64,000 nucleotides of DNA, taken from Camelus ferus (lineage: Eukaryota). The notes beneath the pieces are model-generated. The model worked only from the letters and a program-made list of their open reading frames with translations. It was not told the DNA's origin and did no database searches. Below, piece after piece: positions 26,441 through 38,018 of the stretch. Within the stretch, counting starts at the first letter, position 1; every line of letters begins with the position of its first letter. The stretch covers positions 105,402,001-105,466,000 of the forward strand of contig NC_045697.1 in NCBI RefSeq assembly GCF_009834535.1, read 5' to 3'. Made by a program: the position numbers and the translations under genes.

Positions 26441-26608
26441 ACCCAATCAAAGAATGGGCAGAAGACCTAAATTGACATTTCCCCAACGAAGACATCCAGA
26501 TGGCCAACAGGCACATGAACAGATGCTCAATATCACTAATTATGAGGCAAATGCAAATCAAAACTACAAAGAGGTGTCACCTCACACCAGTCAGAATGGT
26601 CATCATTA
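26441..26608 (+). mobile_element. Internal L1 ORF2 (C-terminal region) fragment with TSD, no 3'UTR or poly-A
   Basis: 'acccaatcaaagaatgggcagaagacctaaattgacatttc...atgcaaatcaaaactacaaagaggtgtcacctcacaccagtcagaatgg'. Flanks aaaaatagaggaatgg (26425-26440) / aagaatagaggactgg (26609-26624). Confidence 0.88.
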
Positions 26609-27124
26609 AAGAATAGAGGACTGGTCCAGTGAAATCTGCCTTCCAATCCTTGAGCAGGAATTGGTACAGACCCCCAACCCCTCTGAACAGTGCTAATTTT
26701 TGACTCCTCAGCAAATCACTTTGTTCTTTCTAGACAAAACTTTCTCATTTATGAGAGGTTGCACTAGCCTTCGGCTTAGCATTTCACTCTAAACTGACTT
26801 AATAGAATGATCTAGGTACTAAATGGTGAAAATAATTTCAATCGATTGGGCATACAATATATATCAGATATTCTGCTAAACTCTGTGGGTATGTGTACGT
26901 GTGTGTGTGCCTGCAAGCGTATTATCCGTAGCCTACACTATGGCCAGGCAAAGTGAATTGTGTAAGTCTCATATGACAGGGAACTGGGGCTCAGTTCACT
27001 CAGTGATTGGCTTAGATTAGAATCCAGCCTTGTCTGCTTGTAAAGCCTATGTTCTTCCTTCACCATACACATTCCCAAGGGGTGTGCAGATGTTTGATAT
27101 CCAAGCCAGTTTAAATATACAGTG

Positions 27125-27260
27125 CGATTCACTCATCTATTCTACAAATATTGACTGCAATTTTATTATGTTCCAGGTACTGTGATAAGATCTGAGTCTA
27201 CAGTGATGAACACAGCCAGCAAGGGGCCCCTACCCACATGGAGTTTTACCATCTTGTTGG
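27125..27260 (-). mobile_element. L2 3' end
   Basis: 'attcactcatctattctacaaatattgactgcaattttattatgttccaggtactgtgataag...cacatggagttttaccatct'. Confidence 0.65.
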
Positions 27261-29031
27261 AGGAGTTTGGTGTTAAGGATTTTAGTCAGGAGAAAAACGC
27301 AGATGGTGGTTATTGATAGGTGCTATTTCAAGTCTCCAAATATTTACTTTAAGAGAAGAGAAAAGATGATAACTATGAAAATTAAGAATATAATGCAGCC
27401 ATTTTGATTCTTGCATTTTGTCTCTAGAGGTTGCAAAGATGTTCCTTATGGAGATATTCTTTCAACTGCTTCTTCAAAAGATAAAGTCATTCTTCCCAAG
27501 TAAACATATGAGGCTGAATTCTCCCTTTGAAGACTCACCATAGGTAGTCTCCTTAACTGCTCCCTGAGAGTTGGGGTCTTTGACTATATCCAGAATTAAA
27601 AAGAATTAAGAATATTTCCCATTGTTGCAAAGAAGTTACTTAAAAAATCCTGATACCATGAGAGGCCCAGGTTCACTATTTCTAGGAACTGACTTTTTTC
27701 CTTGACATTTTTAGCATTGTTATTAGCAGAGATTTAAACAGCTCTGAGTATTTATTTACTTTGGGAAATGTGAACAAATTGAGTCAGATTTATGTATCTA
27801 ATTAATCATTAAAATGTATAGTCACCTCCCATATGTTTCCTTTCATTTCAAAATATAATGTGACAGAAGCTACTACTCTTTGTCCTAGGTACTAACGAAT
27901 GAGATTTGTGGTCTTTAATCTCTCCTTGACCTCATCCCACTGTCAACCTCTCTGCCTTAGTCATGCTAAATTTGGTCACATCTTGAACCTAATAGTCACC
28001 AAAGCTTCTCCCCATTCATGGCTAAACCCGACCTGGCTTTGACGCACCTGTTTCTATTTTAAATGAATCTCAAAGTGAAAGATAATCATATTCAATTTCC
28101 ACTCTTCCTGAGTGAAAATCTTTCAGTCAAGTGGAGAACTTGACTGTGGAATTTTTGGTTTCCTTTAAGCAGACTTGCCCAGATGTGCCTGAGAAAGTGT
28201 GTCAAAAGGAAAAAAGATCCAAATAAAGGCACTAATGAGGCCAAGAATAGTTGCCTATTGTTCTTGACTCTTAGATCCTTTCTTTAAAACGAGATGCTTG
28301 ACTGAGAAGGATTCAAGTGCTTGCTTTTCTTGACAAAGGCTAACTCAGTGTGTTGACATAATTGTGCAAAAGTGCCTTACTGGAGTGCCAAATAAAACAA
28401 CAAGATATAAGCCCCAATCGATGTTGCACTGACAAATACCATTTAATACATCTTAAGATTTTGAGCTAATACACATTATTCCCAAGAGATTTAGAAATTG
28501 AAATCACTTGAGACAAATCTCGCCTTCACGTCTCTTGATGTTTTCACTTCCTGACTTTAGGCCATGATCTCTTGTGGTGTTGTCAGTGTTTCCATTATGT
28601 ACTCAACTCTTGGATTTTTATTCTTCTATTTACCCTGTTTTACTTATAGCCTGGGGCCCACAGGAGTGGAAGGAAGCCTGACATTCAGATTTTGCTAAAG
28701 GGAAAGGTCATTTAAATAAAACTCTCAACAGCCCGAGTTCCTGACTTAGGGGTTGGAGGTTATCAAGCCAACTTTCTCCAAGTATTAAAAGTGACTTCAG
28801 AGTGTAGAGACCATTGTCCTTACATTAAAATAGGTGATCTCCATCTCCAGGATGGAGTTAGTTCCTCCTGCATTTCTTCCCATGTGGCAGAGCAGAGTCC
28901 CTCTCTCAACCCTCCCTGACTTCAAAAGAAATGTCCACCTAGTGTCAGGGTCAGGGTGGAGTTAGAGAATTTAGGCAAAGTCTCTCTTTTCTAGAAAAAA
29001 ATATGTAATATATAGAAATATGTATGTATAT

Positions 29032-29118
29032 TCATGTATAACTGAAAAATTGTGCTCTACACTGGAATTTGACACAACATTGTAAAATGATTATAAATCA
29101 ATAAAAAATGTTAAGAAA
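29032..29118 (+). mobile_element. 87-bp L1 3' terminus with perfect 18-bp TSD
   Basis: 'ctgaaaaattgtgctctacactggaatttgacacaacattgtaaaatgattataaatcaataaaaaa'. agaaatatgtatgtatat occurs at 29014-29031 and 29119-29136. Confidence 0.88.
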
Positions 29119-29277
29119 AGAAATATGTATGTATATAACATATATAGAAAGGTATCTAAGATTTCTATATGTAGATTGCTATAGAAATCTTACATGTCTC
29201 CATATAGAACATATAAGAAACTGATACAGAGAAACTTTTCCAGAGACATATATATATATGTATGTATGTGTGTGTTT

Positions 29278-29336
29278 GTCTACCTTTCACTAGTTGAATT
29301 GGCAAAGGGTGACTATATTTATGATACATTAATCAT
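29278..29336 (+). repeat. 59-bp dispersed direct repeat, copy 1 (copy 2 at 30976-31034)
   Basis: 56/59 identical by manual alignment. Confidence 0.95.
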
Positions 29337-29389
29337 TATATATATATACACATATAAATTTTGGAAATATAAGGCAGCAGTTCATTTCC

Positions 29390-29610
29390 ATTGTGGAGGA
29401 AAGAATGCTGAACTCTGAGTTAGAAAACCTGAACGTTTCCTAGTCATGGGACCTTGAGAAGCACGTGCAATCTCTAAACCCAGATTAGTTTCCTCATTGG
29501 TACACTAACTCGTGTCCTGCTCACTAGGTTCTTGTGAGCATGAAATAAAGTAATATATGTAAAAGTGACTTAAAACCCTGTGATGCCCTCTGCAATGGTA
29601 AGGTATTAAG
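29390..29610 (+). mobile_element. MIR SINE
   Basis: 'gaaagaatgctgaactctgagttagaaaacctg...gaccttgagaag...agtttcctcatt...taatatatgtaaaagtgactt'. Confidence 0.7.
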
Positions 29611-30975
29611 TATGACACCTGCTTTTACTCGCCTGCACTGGGTCCCCACCTTAGCTTATGTGCCTTAAGGACAGAAGAGGAGCTCGACAAAATTTATATT
29701 GGAAGCCAAAGGAAAACATGACTTGATCTATAAAAATATTTGTTTTGTCTACGACGTTTACAGCTAAAGGAGCGAAAAGAAAATGCATCTGTGTGCATAT
29801 GTAGAGAAGAATGTTTGCCGATGAAGTAGAAAAAGCAAAGGTTAGCCTCACTGAGGGAGTAATTACACATTTCAGGGTGAAACGTGCAAGTCGCAGGAGA
29901 TGCCTGTGCACGGGTGCCAGGACAGCTGTGGGCTGAATCTCAGCAGCCTGGCCCGCTGGTATCAGCTCTGCTGTCACTCATCACCTGCTCCTCCCTCTGC
30001 CATCCTGGGGAAGCCATGGAGACTCCTGGCATGCACCCACAGCAAGCTGTAGTTTGGATTTTCTCTTAGCCACATATGACCTCAGTTACACTGGACAGTG
30101 AGGTAGGGTAATGTATCTGAACTGATTTGGGTTCACCCCCCCAAAATCAAGATTAGTACCTATTTTCATGCCACACTTGTTTCATCGGGAAACCTGCAAA
30201 GCCTGTGCCCCCTGGAATAACCATCACATTTTCAGTGGGTTATCTTAGCTCAGAACCATTCGCCTTCGCTTGCTTTCTTTCCTTCCTTGGCCAAAGACAC
30301 CCAGGTAAGTTTGCTGGCACTGTTTTCTACGTTTCTCTAATCAGTCTGCACAAGTGTGCACAGCCTGCAGGCTGCACTGTCATCCCTGAGGTTTCCCAGC
30401 TACACCCAGACACCATCCACAAAGGCAGGTGACACTGCTCTCCTTTGAGCCTCGGTTCAGAACGGCCGAGCGCCCCTGCCCCTCTCAGTTTCTCCTGTGC
30501 AAACATGGCTGCTGGTTGGCGCTGTGTTTACACGCTGGTGTGTTTGCTGAAATTCTGCCCGACCTCTGGAGGTTGTGTTTTCTCAACCATGATTTCTGGG
30601 TTTTATACTATGTGTATATTTAGGGCTTGGAATAGAGAAGAATTACTGGTATTTTTATAGTTTGGAGCTACTTCCTCCAAAACCCAATTGTGTATTAATA
30701 TTACCTAGGCACTATGTATCCTAGATTCTCTGTTCTAAATATTTTGATATCCCTTTTGGGAAAGGAGGTAGTTTAAACATTTCTGCAATAGGTTAAGTGT
30801 GCAGAGGCCACCAGAATAAATTTGTGACATTTCCCTGCCAAACAAGTATTAAGATGTGGCCTATTAAAAGTTTAATTGAAATTGAATGGAGTCATTTTTA
30901 AATTAGCAGAACAGCAGCAAGTAATAAAAATATGATAGCATTTTGGCACATGTTCTGGTATTCATATATTCACAA

Positions 30976-31034
30976 GTCTACCTTTCACTTGTTGAAATGG
31001 CAAAGGGTGACTATATTTATGATATATTAATCAT
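30976..31034 (+). repeat. 59-bp dispersed direct repeat, copy 2
   Basis: gtctacctttcacttgttgaaatggcaaagggtgactatatttatgatatattaatcat; three mismatches to 29278-29336. Confidence 0.95.
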
Positions 31035-31899
31035 GTTTATGTTTCCTAGAACCACAAATTCAGGTCCAAGTATGCTTGCTTAAGTCTTATATATTTGGGA
31101 GAAATAACTTGTATTTTCTAAAATTCCCAGGTCAGAAATTTTGCATAACATTTACAAAATGAATCTCTCTCTATTTCATATGTGATTAAAATGCAGTGGA
31201 AATTTTCAGAAAGGTTACTTTCTACCTTGTTCACGGGTAGAATTTCTGGAATGCTAGTGTATACTTTAAGAAGTTATTTCTTACAAACATATTTAACATG
31301 TATGTGTTTAGAAGAATTTTGTTTAGTGTCAGTATCAGATATTAAGAGAAAAATATTCATAGCTGTGAAAAATACAATATTTGCAATTATATTTACCTTT
31401 ATACAATATTTGCATTCTTGAAAATTTACATATTCTCAAGAAATGCAATATATCTAGAGATGCATTATTTTTCCACTGACTTAATAGCAGTTTCAGACAT
31501 ATGTTTTCATAGAGCCTTATCTTTCAAACAACATACAAATCATTTTTCAGAATGTGATAAACCTCTTTTCTTCTTTGTACATTTTCCTCCAAAAGTCTAC
31601 AGTATATACGAATTGCTTTTGTTATGAGAAAACGTATTTAATTGTTGTCTAAATTTGATAAAATTTCAAGAAATATCTAACACAAGATCAGCTTGTTAAA
31701 CCAGTGCATATTCGTACCATGAATTAATACTCAGCCACTAAAATTCGTAAGAGAATATTTATGACATGAGACAATACAAACAATATATTACACAATAAAG
31801 GTGTATTGCAAAATGGTGAAAAATAAATTTTGAAAGAAAATGATGTGTGCACATGTGGATAGAGAAAAATGAAATGAAATATTCACTGTAGTCGTCTCT

Positions 31900-32103
31900 G
31901 AGTGGTAGGAATGTGGGTGCGTTGGTTCTTTTTAAACGTTCCTACATTTTCCAAGTTTCTCTGAGAATTATGTATTATTTCATAAGTAGGAAATTTATAT
32001 ATATTTTAGAGTGGTAGGAATGTAGATGCTTTTGTTCTTTTTAAGACTTTCCTACATTTTCCAAGTTTCTCTGAGAATTGTATAGTATTCCATAAGCGGG
32101 AAG
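31900..32103 (+). repeat. Tandem duplication (period 109 bp) within an old L1ME-like 3' end
   Basis: 'gagtggtaggaatgt...ttcctacattttccaagtttctctgagaatt' begins at 31900 and again at 32009. Confidence 0.9.
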
Positions 32104-32342
32104 TACCTATACTTTAAAATGAGTAGGTTGTGCTTATATAGGTCTTTGAAAATTCCATGTTTAGCAGGCATGACAAGGAGAGTGCATGACGTCTATGCAC
32201 AGAGATCAGAACAAACAAATTCACAGTGTAAAACAGGACATTACATTCGATGAAGGGCAGGTTGGATCTAGAGAGCTGAAAAGGTAGACAGGGTCAGAGC
32301 ATGTGAAAGCTCTAAACCAAGCTAAGAAATGTAGACTCCATA

Positions 32343-32440
32343 CAGGGTGACCATACATACTGGTTTCCATAAAAGTCCCATTTTAGTCCTATGGTAGCAG
32401 CAGAATTAATAATAGCATCCTCTTTTATTATCAACATTGT
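32343..32440. mobile_element. MER81-like hAT MITE fragment
   Basis: 'cagggtgaccatacatactggttt...aattaataatagcatcctcttttattatcaacattgt'. Confidence 0.55.
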
Positions 32441-32705
32441 GGAAAACCACTAAAGGTTTATTACTTGGAGATTGACACAATCAGATTTATTTTTTGGAAA
32501 AAGAGCCTCGGCCACACTGTGAAAAATGAACTGGGGGGGGGGGGTTGCCAGAGTGTGGGCAGGGAGATCAATTAGCGCACTACCGCAGCTTATGGGAACT
32601 AAGGAGTCAGGTTAGTGTGGAGGGGACAGGAGAGAAAATTCCTATGAAAGAGCAGGTTTAGACATCCATATAAGAGAGATGTTTGATATTTTTAAGTAGA
32701 TGTGG

Positions 32706-33424
32706 TTTTTTATTTTTTAACTGAAGTATAGTTGATTTACAATGTTGGGTTAGTTTCTGGTGTACAGCAAAGTGATTCAGTTATATATATATATACACAT
32801 ATTCTTTTTCATATTCTTTTCCATTATGGTTTATTACAGGATATTAAAGATAGTTTCCTGTGCAATACAATAGGACCTCATTGTTTATCTATTTTATATA
32901 TAGTAGTTTGTATCTGCTAATCCCAAACTCCTAATTTATCCCTTTCCTACCCCTTTTCCCCTCTGGCAACCATAAGTATGTTTTCTATGTTTGTGAGTCT
33001 CTTGCTGATTCATAAATAAGTTCATTTGTGTCATATTTTGGACTCCACATATAAGGGATACATGGTATTTGTCTTTCTCTTTCTGACTTCCTTCACTTAG
33101 TATGATAATCTCTAGGTCCATCTATGTTGCTGCAAATGGCATTATTTTATTCTTTTTTATAGCTGAGTAGTATTCCATTGTGTATATGTACCACATCTTC
33201 TTTATCTATTTATCTGTCAGTGGACATTTAGATTGCTTCTATGTCTTGGCTATTGTAAATAGTACTGGTATGAACACTGGGGTGCATACATCTTTTCAAA
33301 TTAGAGTTTTCTTCAGATATATGCTGAGGAATGGGACTGCTGAATTTTACGGTAAGCCTATTTTTAGTTTTTTAAGAAACCTCCATACCGTTCTCCCTAG
33401 TGAATTGCTGTACCAATTTACATT
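32706..33424 (-). mobile_element. Young L1 3' end (ORF2 end plus 3'UTR)
   Basis: ORF 32936..33121(-) 'MDLEIIILSE' matches the L1 ORF2 C-terminus; poly-T head; homologous to the 62 kb copy. Confidence 0.92.
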
Positions 33425-33467
33425 GGGGTGGGTTTTTTAAAAATGTCATTTGTAGGAAGTTCTAGAG

Positions 33468-33652
33468 CAGCACTGTCCAAAAGAAATTTCTGCGTTCATG
33501 AAAATGTTCTATATTTGTGTTGTCCATTATGGTAACCACTAGCCACACATGGGTAGGGAGAACTTGAGATTGAGTTTTAAATTATATTAAATTTTAATTA
33601 ATTTGAATTTGAGTAGCTCCATGTATCAGGGCTTCTGTCCTGGACAAAGTAC
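33468..33652 (+). mobile_element. MER3-like hAT MITE
   Basis: 'cagcactgtccaaaagaaatttctgc...ggtaaccactagccacac'; 8-bp flanks ttctagag / ctctagac fit the hAT-Charlie nTCTAGAn target. Confidence 0.82.
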
Positions 33653-34659
33653 CTCTAGACTTGTATCTGTAAAGTATGAGAGAAGGCTCTGGTCTGGAGT
33701 TGTAGCTTTGTTAGGGATCAGTTAGGTGCAGGTGAAGTATATGCATTTGGCCAGCAGGGATTGTATATTGAGCGAAGAGAAGAATCCCATCTTTAAGAGA
33801 GGGGCAGAGGAAGAGGAGCCTGCAAAGGGTCTGGGAAGACTCAGGAGAGGGAGCTGATTTGGCAGTCAAAGAAACTGAGAGTGTCAAAAAGGGAAAGATG
33901 AACAGTAGTCAAAGGCCTTCTGCTGTTGGACATTCAAGTGAAATGGAGACATCTGGGAAGGATTGAAGTTAGGAGATTACAGAGGTAGGGAGACCTTTGG
34001 AGGTCAATTGAAGGGTCAAGGACTTAAAGAGTTGATTAGCATCTGAATTAGGATAACGCTATTGAAACTGCACGCAGTTCAGAAATACAAGCAGTGGGAC
34101 TTGATACCCTATTCGGTGTGCTGGGAGCCCAGGGGGTGGGATTCAGAACTAAGAGGAGATGTTGTTAGTAAAAAGGCAAAGTTACCCTCTTCCACCCAGA
34201 CAGAAGTTCTAGGCTCTACAATGTCTGAAATATGAAAACTGAATCCCATTCCACCCCCTACCACTGTGCCCGAGTCCTAAGGAAGAGCACAGCAGGTTTC
34301 TCGATGCAGCTACTTTCATAAGAATTGATGGCTTGTGCCAGCCAGGAAGGAAACTGTTTCATAAGTGCAAGGAACTGCCTTTACTTTTTTTCCCCCTTCT
34401 TTGATGATATCAGACAAGAAGCTGGAGATTTGTTTACCATTTCAGTAGGGCAACTGCAGCAAAGGTCCACAGATGAAAGAAAGGTGGGACTCAAGAAAGG
34501 AAGACAGAATCAAAACATCCTCTCCCCATCCCATCCCCGAATAAAAAAGAGTAAATACTGAAGAAAATCTCACAGATAAAAGTGTATTTTAAGGACATTA
34601 GGACTAGAAAGATGCAAATAGTTCTGTATTCATCTGTAAACTGCTTTTAGGGGGGCAAC

Positions 34660-34840
34660 AGGATGTGATGGAGTAAACAGCTGAAGTGGTAGTCCATCCA
34701 GTGGACTTGGGTTCTAATCCTGTTCCATGGTTAATTAACTATATGACCTTGGCATGGATGCTATTGAACTCTTCTGGGTAACAGTTACTCTTAAATTAGA
34801 TTAGTGTTCAAGTTTATGTTTTTCAGCTTTAAAATTCTAT
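34660..34840 (+). mobile_element. MIR/MIR3 SINE
   Basis: 'gacttgggttctaatcctgttcc...taactatatgaccttggca'. Confidence 0.6.
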
Positions 34841-35253
34841 TGGTGTACAGGCCAAGTTAAAATTATATCTAATGTGCTATAATAAATCTGGATGCATGAA
34901 ACTGTGCTAAATTTTGTTGACCTGTGTCACCAAATTTCACTCACTGCTTCAGTGGCTACATTTTAAATGACTTTAATGGCTGTGCTGGCCCTCTGTATAG
35001 GAAATCAATGCTAAAAGAGATAGGACAGATATGAATCAAGGTTTGCAAAGTTAAACAAATATAAAATAAATAAGGAGTTATTTTCAAATTAAAAAAAAAA
35101 AACAAATAATGAGGTTGCATCCAGGCTGAAAACCTGTATGACAAGTTTCAGTTCAAAGAAACTCTTGAAGGCTTCTTAACGGTGCCTCGAGGGAAGACAG
35201 TGTGGCAGGTTAAAGAATCCAGTGCTTTCAATCTTTGGCTTCAATTCTTAATC

Positions 35254-35499
35254 AGAAGAAAGAGAGAAAGAGAGAAAGAGAGAGAGAAAGAGAGAAAGAG
35301 AAAGAGAGAAAGAACGAAAGAAAGGAAAGAAAGAAAGAAAGAGAGAAAGAGAAAGAGAGAAAGAACAAAAGAAAAAAAAGAAAGAAAGAAAAGAAAAAAC
35401 GAAAGAAGGGAAGGAAGGAAAAGTAAGAAGAAAAAGAAAGAAAGAAAGAGGGAGGGAGGGATGAAGAAAAACGGAAGAAAGAAAGAAGAAATGAGAAAA
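35254..35499. repeat. Polypurine low-complexity tract, (GAAA)n/(GA)n
   Basis: About 245 bp of almost exclusively A/G on the + strand. Confidence 0.97.
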
Positions 35500-35534
35500 T
35501 AAAATTGATTGTTTATTGTTGAAAGAAAAGTTTG

Positions 35535-35675
35535 GTATGGTAGAACACAGCCAGAGTTTCAGCCCTTAATCTTCCAGTAACTGTATGGCCTTGGGCAATA
35601 ATTAAACATCTCTGGGTCCCCGTTTCCTCATCAGTAAAATAAGGGGTTGGGCCAGAACCTTTGAAAAGTCTACAG
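35535..35675 (+). mobile_element. MIR SINE
   Basis: 'ctgtatggccttgggcaataattaaacatctctgggtccccgtttcctcatcagtaaaataagggg'. Confidence 0.75.
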
Positions 35676-37095
35676 TGTTATAATAGTGACATTGTAACCC
35701 ACATGGCCAGGACTATTGGTTTGTGTTGTTCAGAAAAGAGCAAAATATACAGTATTAGGAAAAAGTCATCTACTCGTTATTTCATTTTAATGCACATACT
35801 CTGTTGCAGGAAACTGTTTTTAGCTGACTGAGGTGAGAGGGAAATAAAAAAGCAGTCTTACTAGTTAATAATCACCATAATCCCAGCTAAAATGGAGGGG
35901 AGAGTCACCACATCCACCCAGGGGAGGAATCCGGAGGATTCACCTTCTCTATGCTCTCTGCCACCCCAGTCCCAACGTCAGTCCTTTTTCATCTCTACTG
36001 AAAAAGGCACGGGAAGGCCTCCAAAGACTCCAAGTCCTCCATCCTAGAGAAGGGATGTGGGGGAGGGCTAAAAAGGCCTTGCAACCCCGGCCCTGTTGAC
36101 ATTCATGTATCTTCTGCAATTAATACGCGTTTAACAACGATTCACTGTAAATAATTAGCCTTTTTTCACTCATGCAGTTTAAGGACTCCTTTAAAGCACT
36201 GAAATTACTATGCAATAAATAACACTGAGAAATAGCCAAAGAATCTTTCTTTTTGGAGCAGGGTTGGTCAATACCTTCACTGTTAGAACCTTTAGGCTAT
36301 CAAAGTGCTGAGATTCTGGAACTGGGACTGCTGACACATTGGAGATTTCCAGAAATCACTGAAGTTTGAATTGTCCTGAAAGCCCGAGTGAGGGTGACAG
36401 GAGTTCACTGTACTTGGTTTCCCAGGGAACACTTAGCTTCTTCGTCTCATGTAAACACAGCGAAAATGATAGAGTGTGATAACTTCTCTCAGAACTGTTG
36501 TATCCTTTCCTTTTATTATAGACAGTGGTAAAACACTTTCAGTGATACAAGGGCCCAGAGGAAAAAGCAGTGCTTTCTTTTAACATTAAACCTCGTGGGA
36601 TCTTAAATATCAGGTTTAAGGAAAAAGGGGTTGTCGTTTGCATTGTAATGTTCTTGACCTTTGGGTGTTAGATCTGGTTCACTTGTAACTGCTTTTTATC
36701 CTTCTTGCATCTCGCTGGGTGAGGACACAGTAAAAGCAAAGTAAAAAGGCTACTTTTTTTCTTTTTTCACAGAAACTGTTTCAAAATCTCTTGATGATCT
36801 GGCGCCATGGTTATTCAATATGAACGTTTCTTCGAAATGGGTGAAACAATCTGTTATTCACATTTTCTGACTACTTATTTCCTTACTGACATTTATTCCT
36901 TTACTAAAACTACTTCTTAACTGTCACTTATAAGCAAGTGGACTTCATCATTCTCCAGGACCACTCTTCCAGTTGTGCTTGGCTGGCCAATTCTTCCCTC
37001 CTGACAATGTTCCTTCTTTCATGTCCAACATCATCACTTTGGTTCTTTCTAATTCATTTTTGTTGTTAGTTTCTTTCCATTTTCCTTCCTCTTTA

Positions 37096-37254
37096 TTTTT
37101 ATTTATTCATTTATTTTTATTGAGGTATAGTCAGTTTACAATGTTGTGTCAATTTCTGGTGTACAGCACATGCTTCAGTCATACATGAATATACATATAT
37201 TCATTTTCGTATTCTTTTTCACTGTAAGCTACTACAAGATATTGAATATAGTTC
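37096..37254 (-). mobile_element. Short young L1 3' end with TSD
   Basis: 'ttgaggtatagtcagtttacaatgttgtgtcaatttctggtgtacagca'; perfect TSD ccttcctcttta at 37084-37095 and 37255-37266. Confidence 0.92.
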
Positions 37255-38018
37255 CCTTCCTCTTTAAACCTGGCACTTTTCTCTCTCCCCATTTTTCTGG
37301 CATGTGAGCACTTTCATATGGCTTCAATCTACCATTTCTAGTCTGATAATTCAAAATCTAAATCTCTTGCTCTGATTTGATATCAGGGTTCTCTTGAGTC
37401 TCTGCATGCTTCTTATATGTTTATAACTTGTGTGATTTGTGATAGGTGAGGTGGAGGTCAACTGTGTTTCCAATGAGTGAATTACATTGAAAAGTTACTA
37501 GTAGATTTTAGCTGTGGTGGCAGAAATTCACTCTGGAGCAGCTTTTTGCCTTCCTAAGTTATGCAAATAGAAGTAATATTTGATCTTATGTGGCTCTGAA
37601 TGATAGCAAAGTTATCTACGTCAGAGACATCAAGTGTTCTGTTCAAAAAGATAAAAAATATTCTCTTGCAACAGTATGGATATAACAGATAAAATTTCAT
37701 GACAATAAATTTGCAAATTCAAAATAAATAAGTACCTTTCAAATCACAACTTACTGCAACTGATGTAAGAAAACAAAGTCTGAATAGTTCTAGTTGAAAA
37801 AATGGAACCCCTCTCTTAAAATATTCTCAGAAAAAAATATCCAGGCTCAGCAAATGCTCCAGATATTTAAGGAAGAAATATCACCAATAGCTGATTAGTT
37901 GGCTATTACAAAAAAAAGGATCAAGAGTTCAACGTCACTCATGACCATAAAAGCAAACATCCCAAACATAGTATCAGCAGAGAGAATCCCACACTATGTT
38001 AAAAGCATGTTTCACCAG

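Noticed and set aside
35182..35502. K/R/E-rich 106-aa ORF
   Set aside because: Translation of the GAAA/GA simple repeat.
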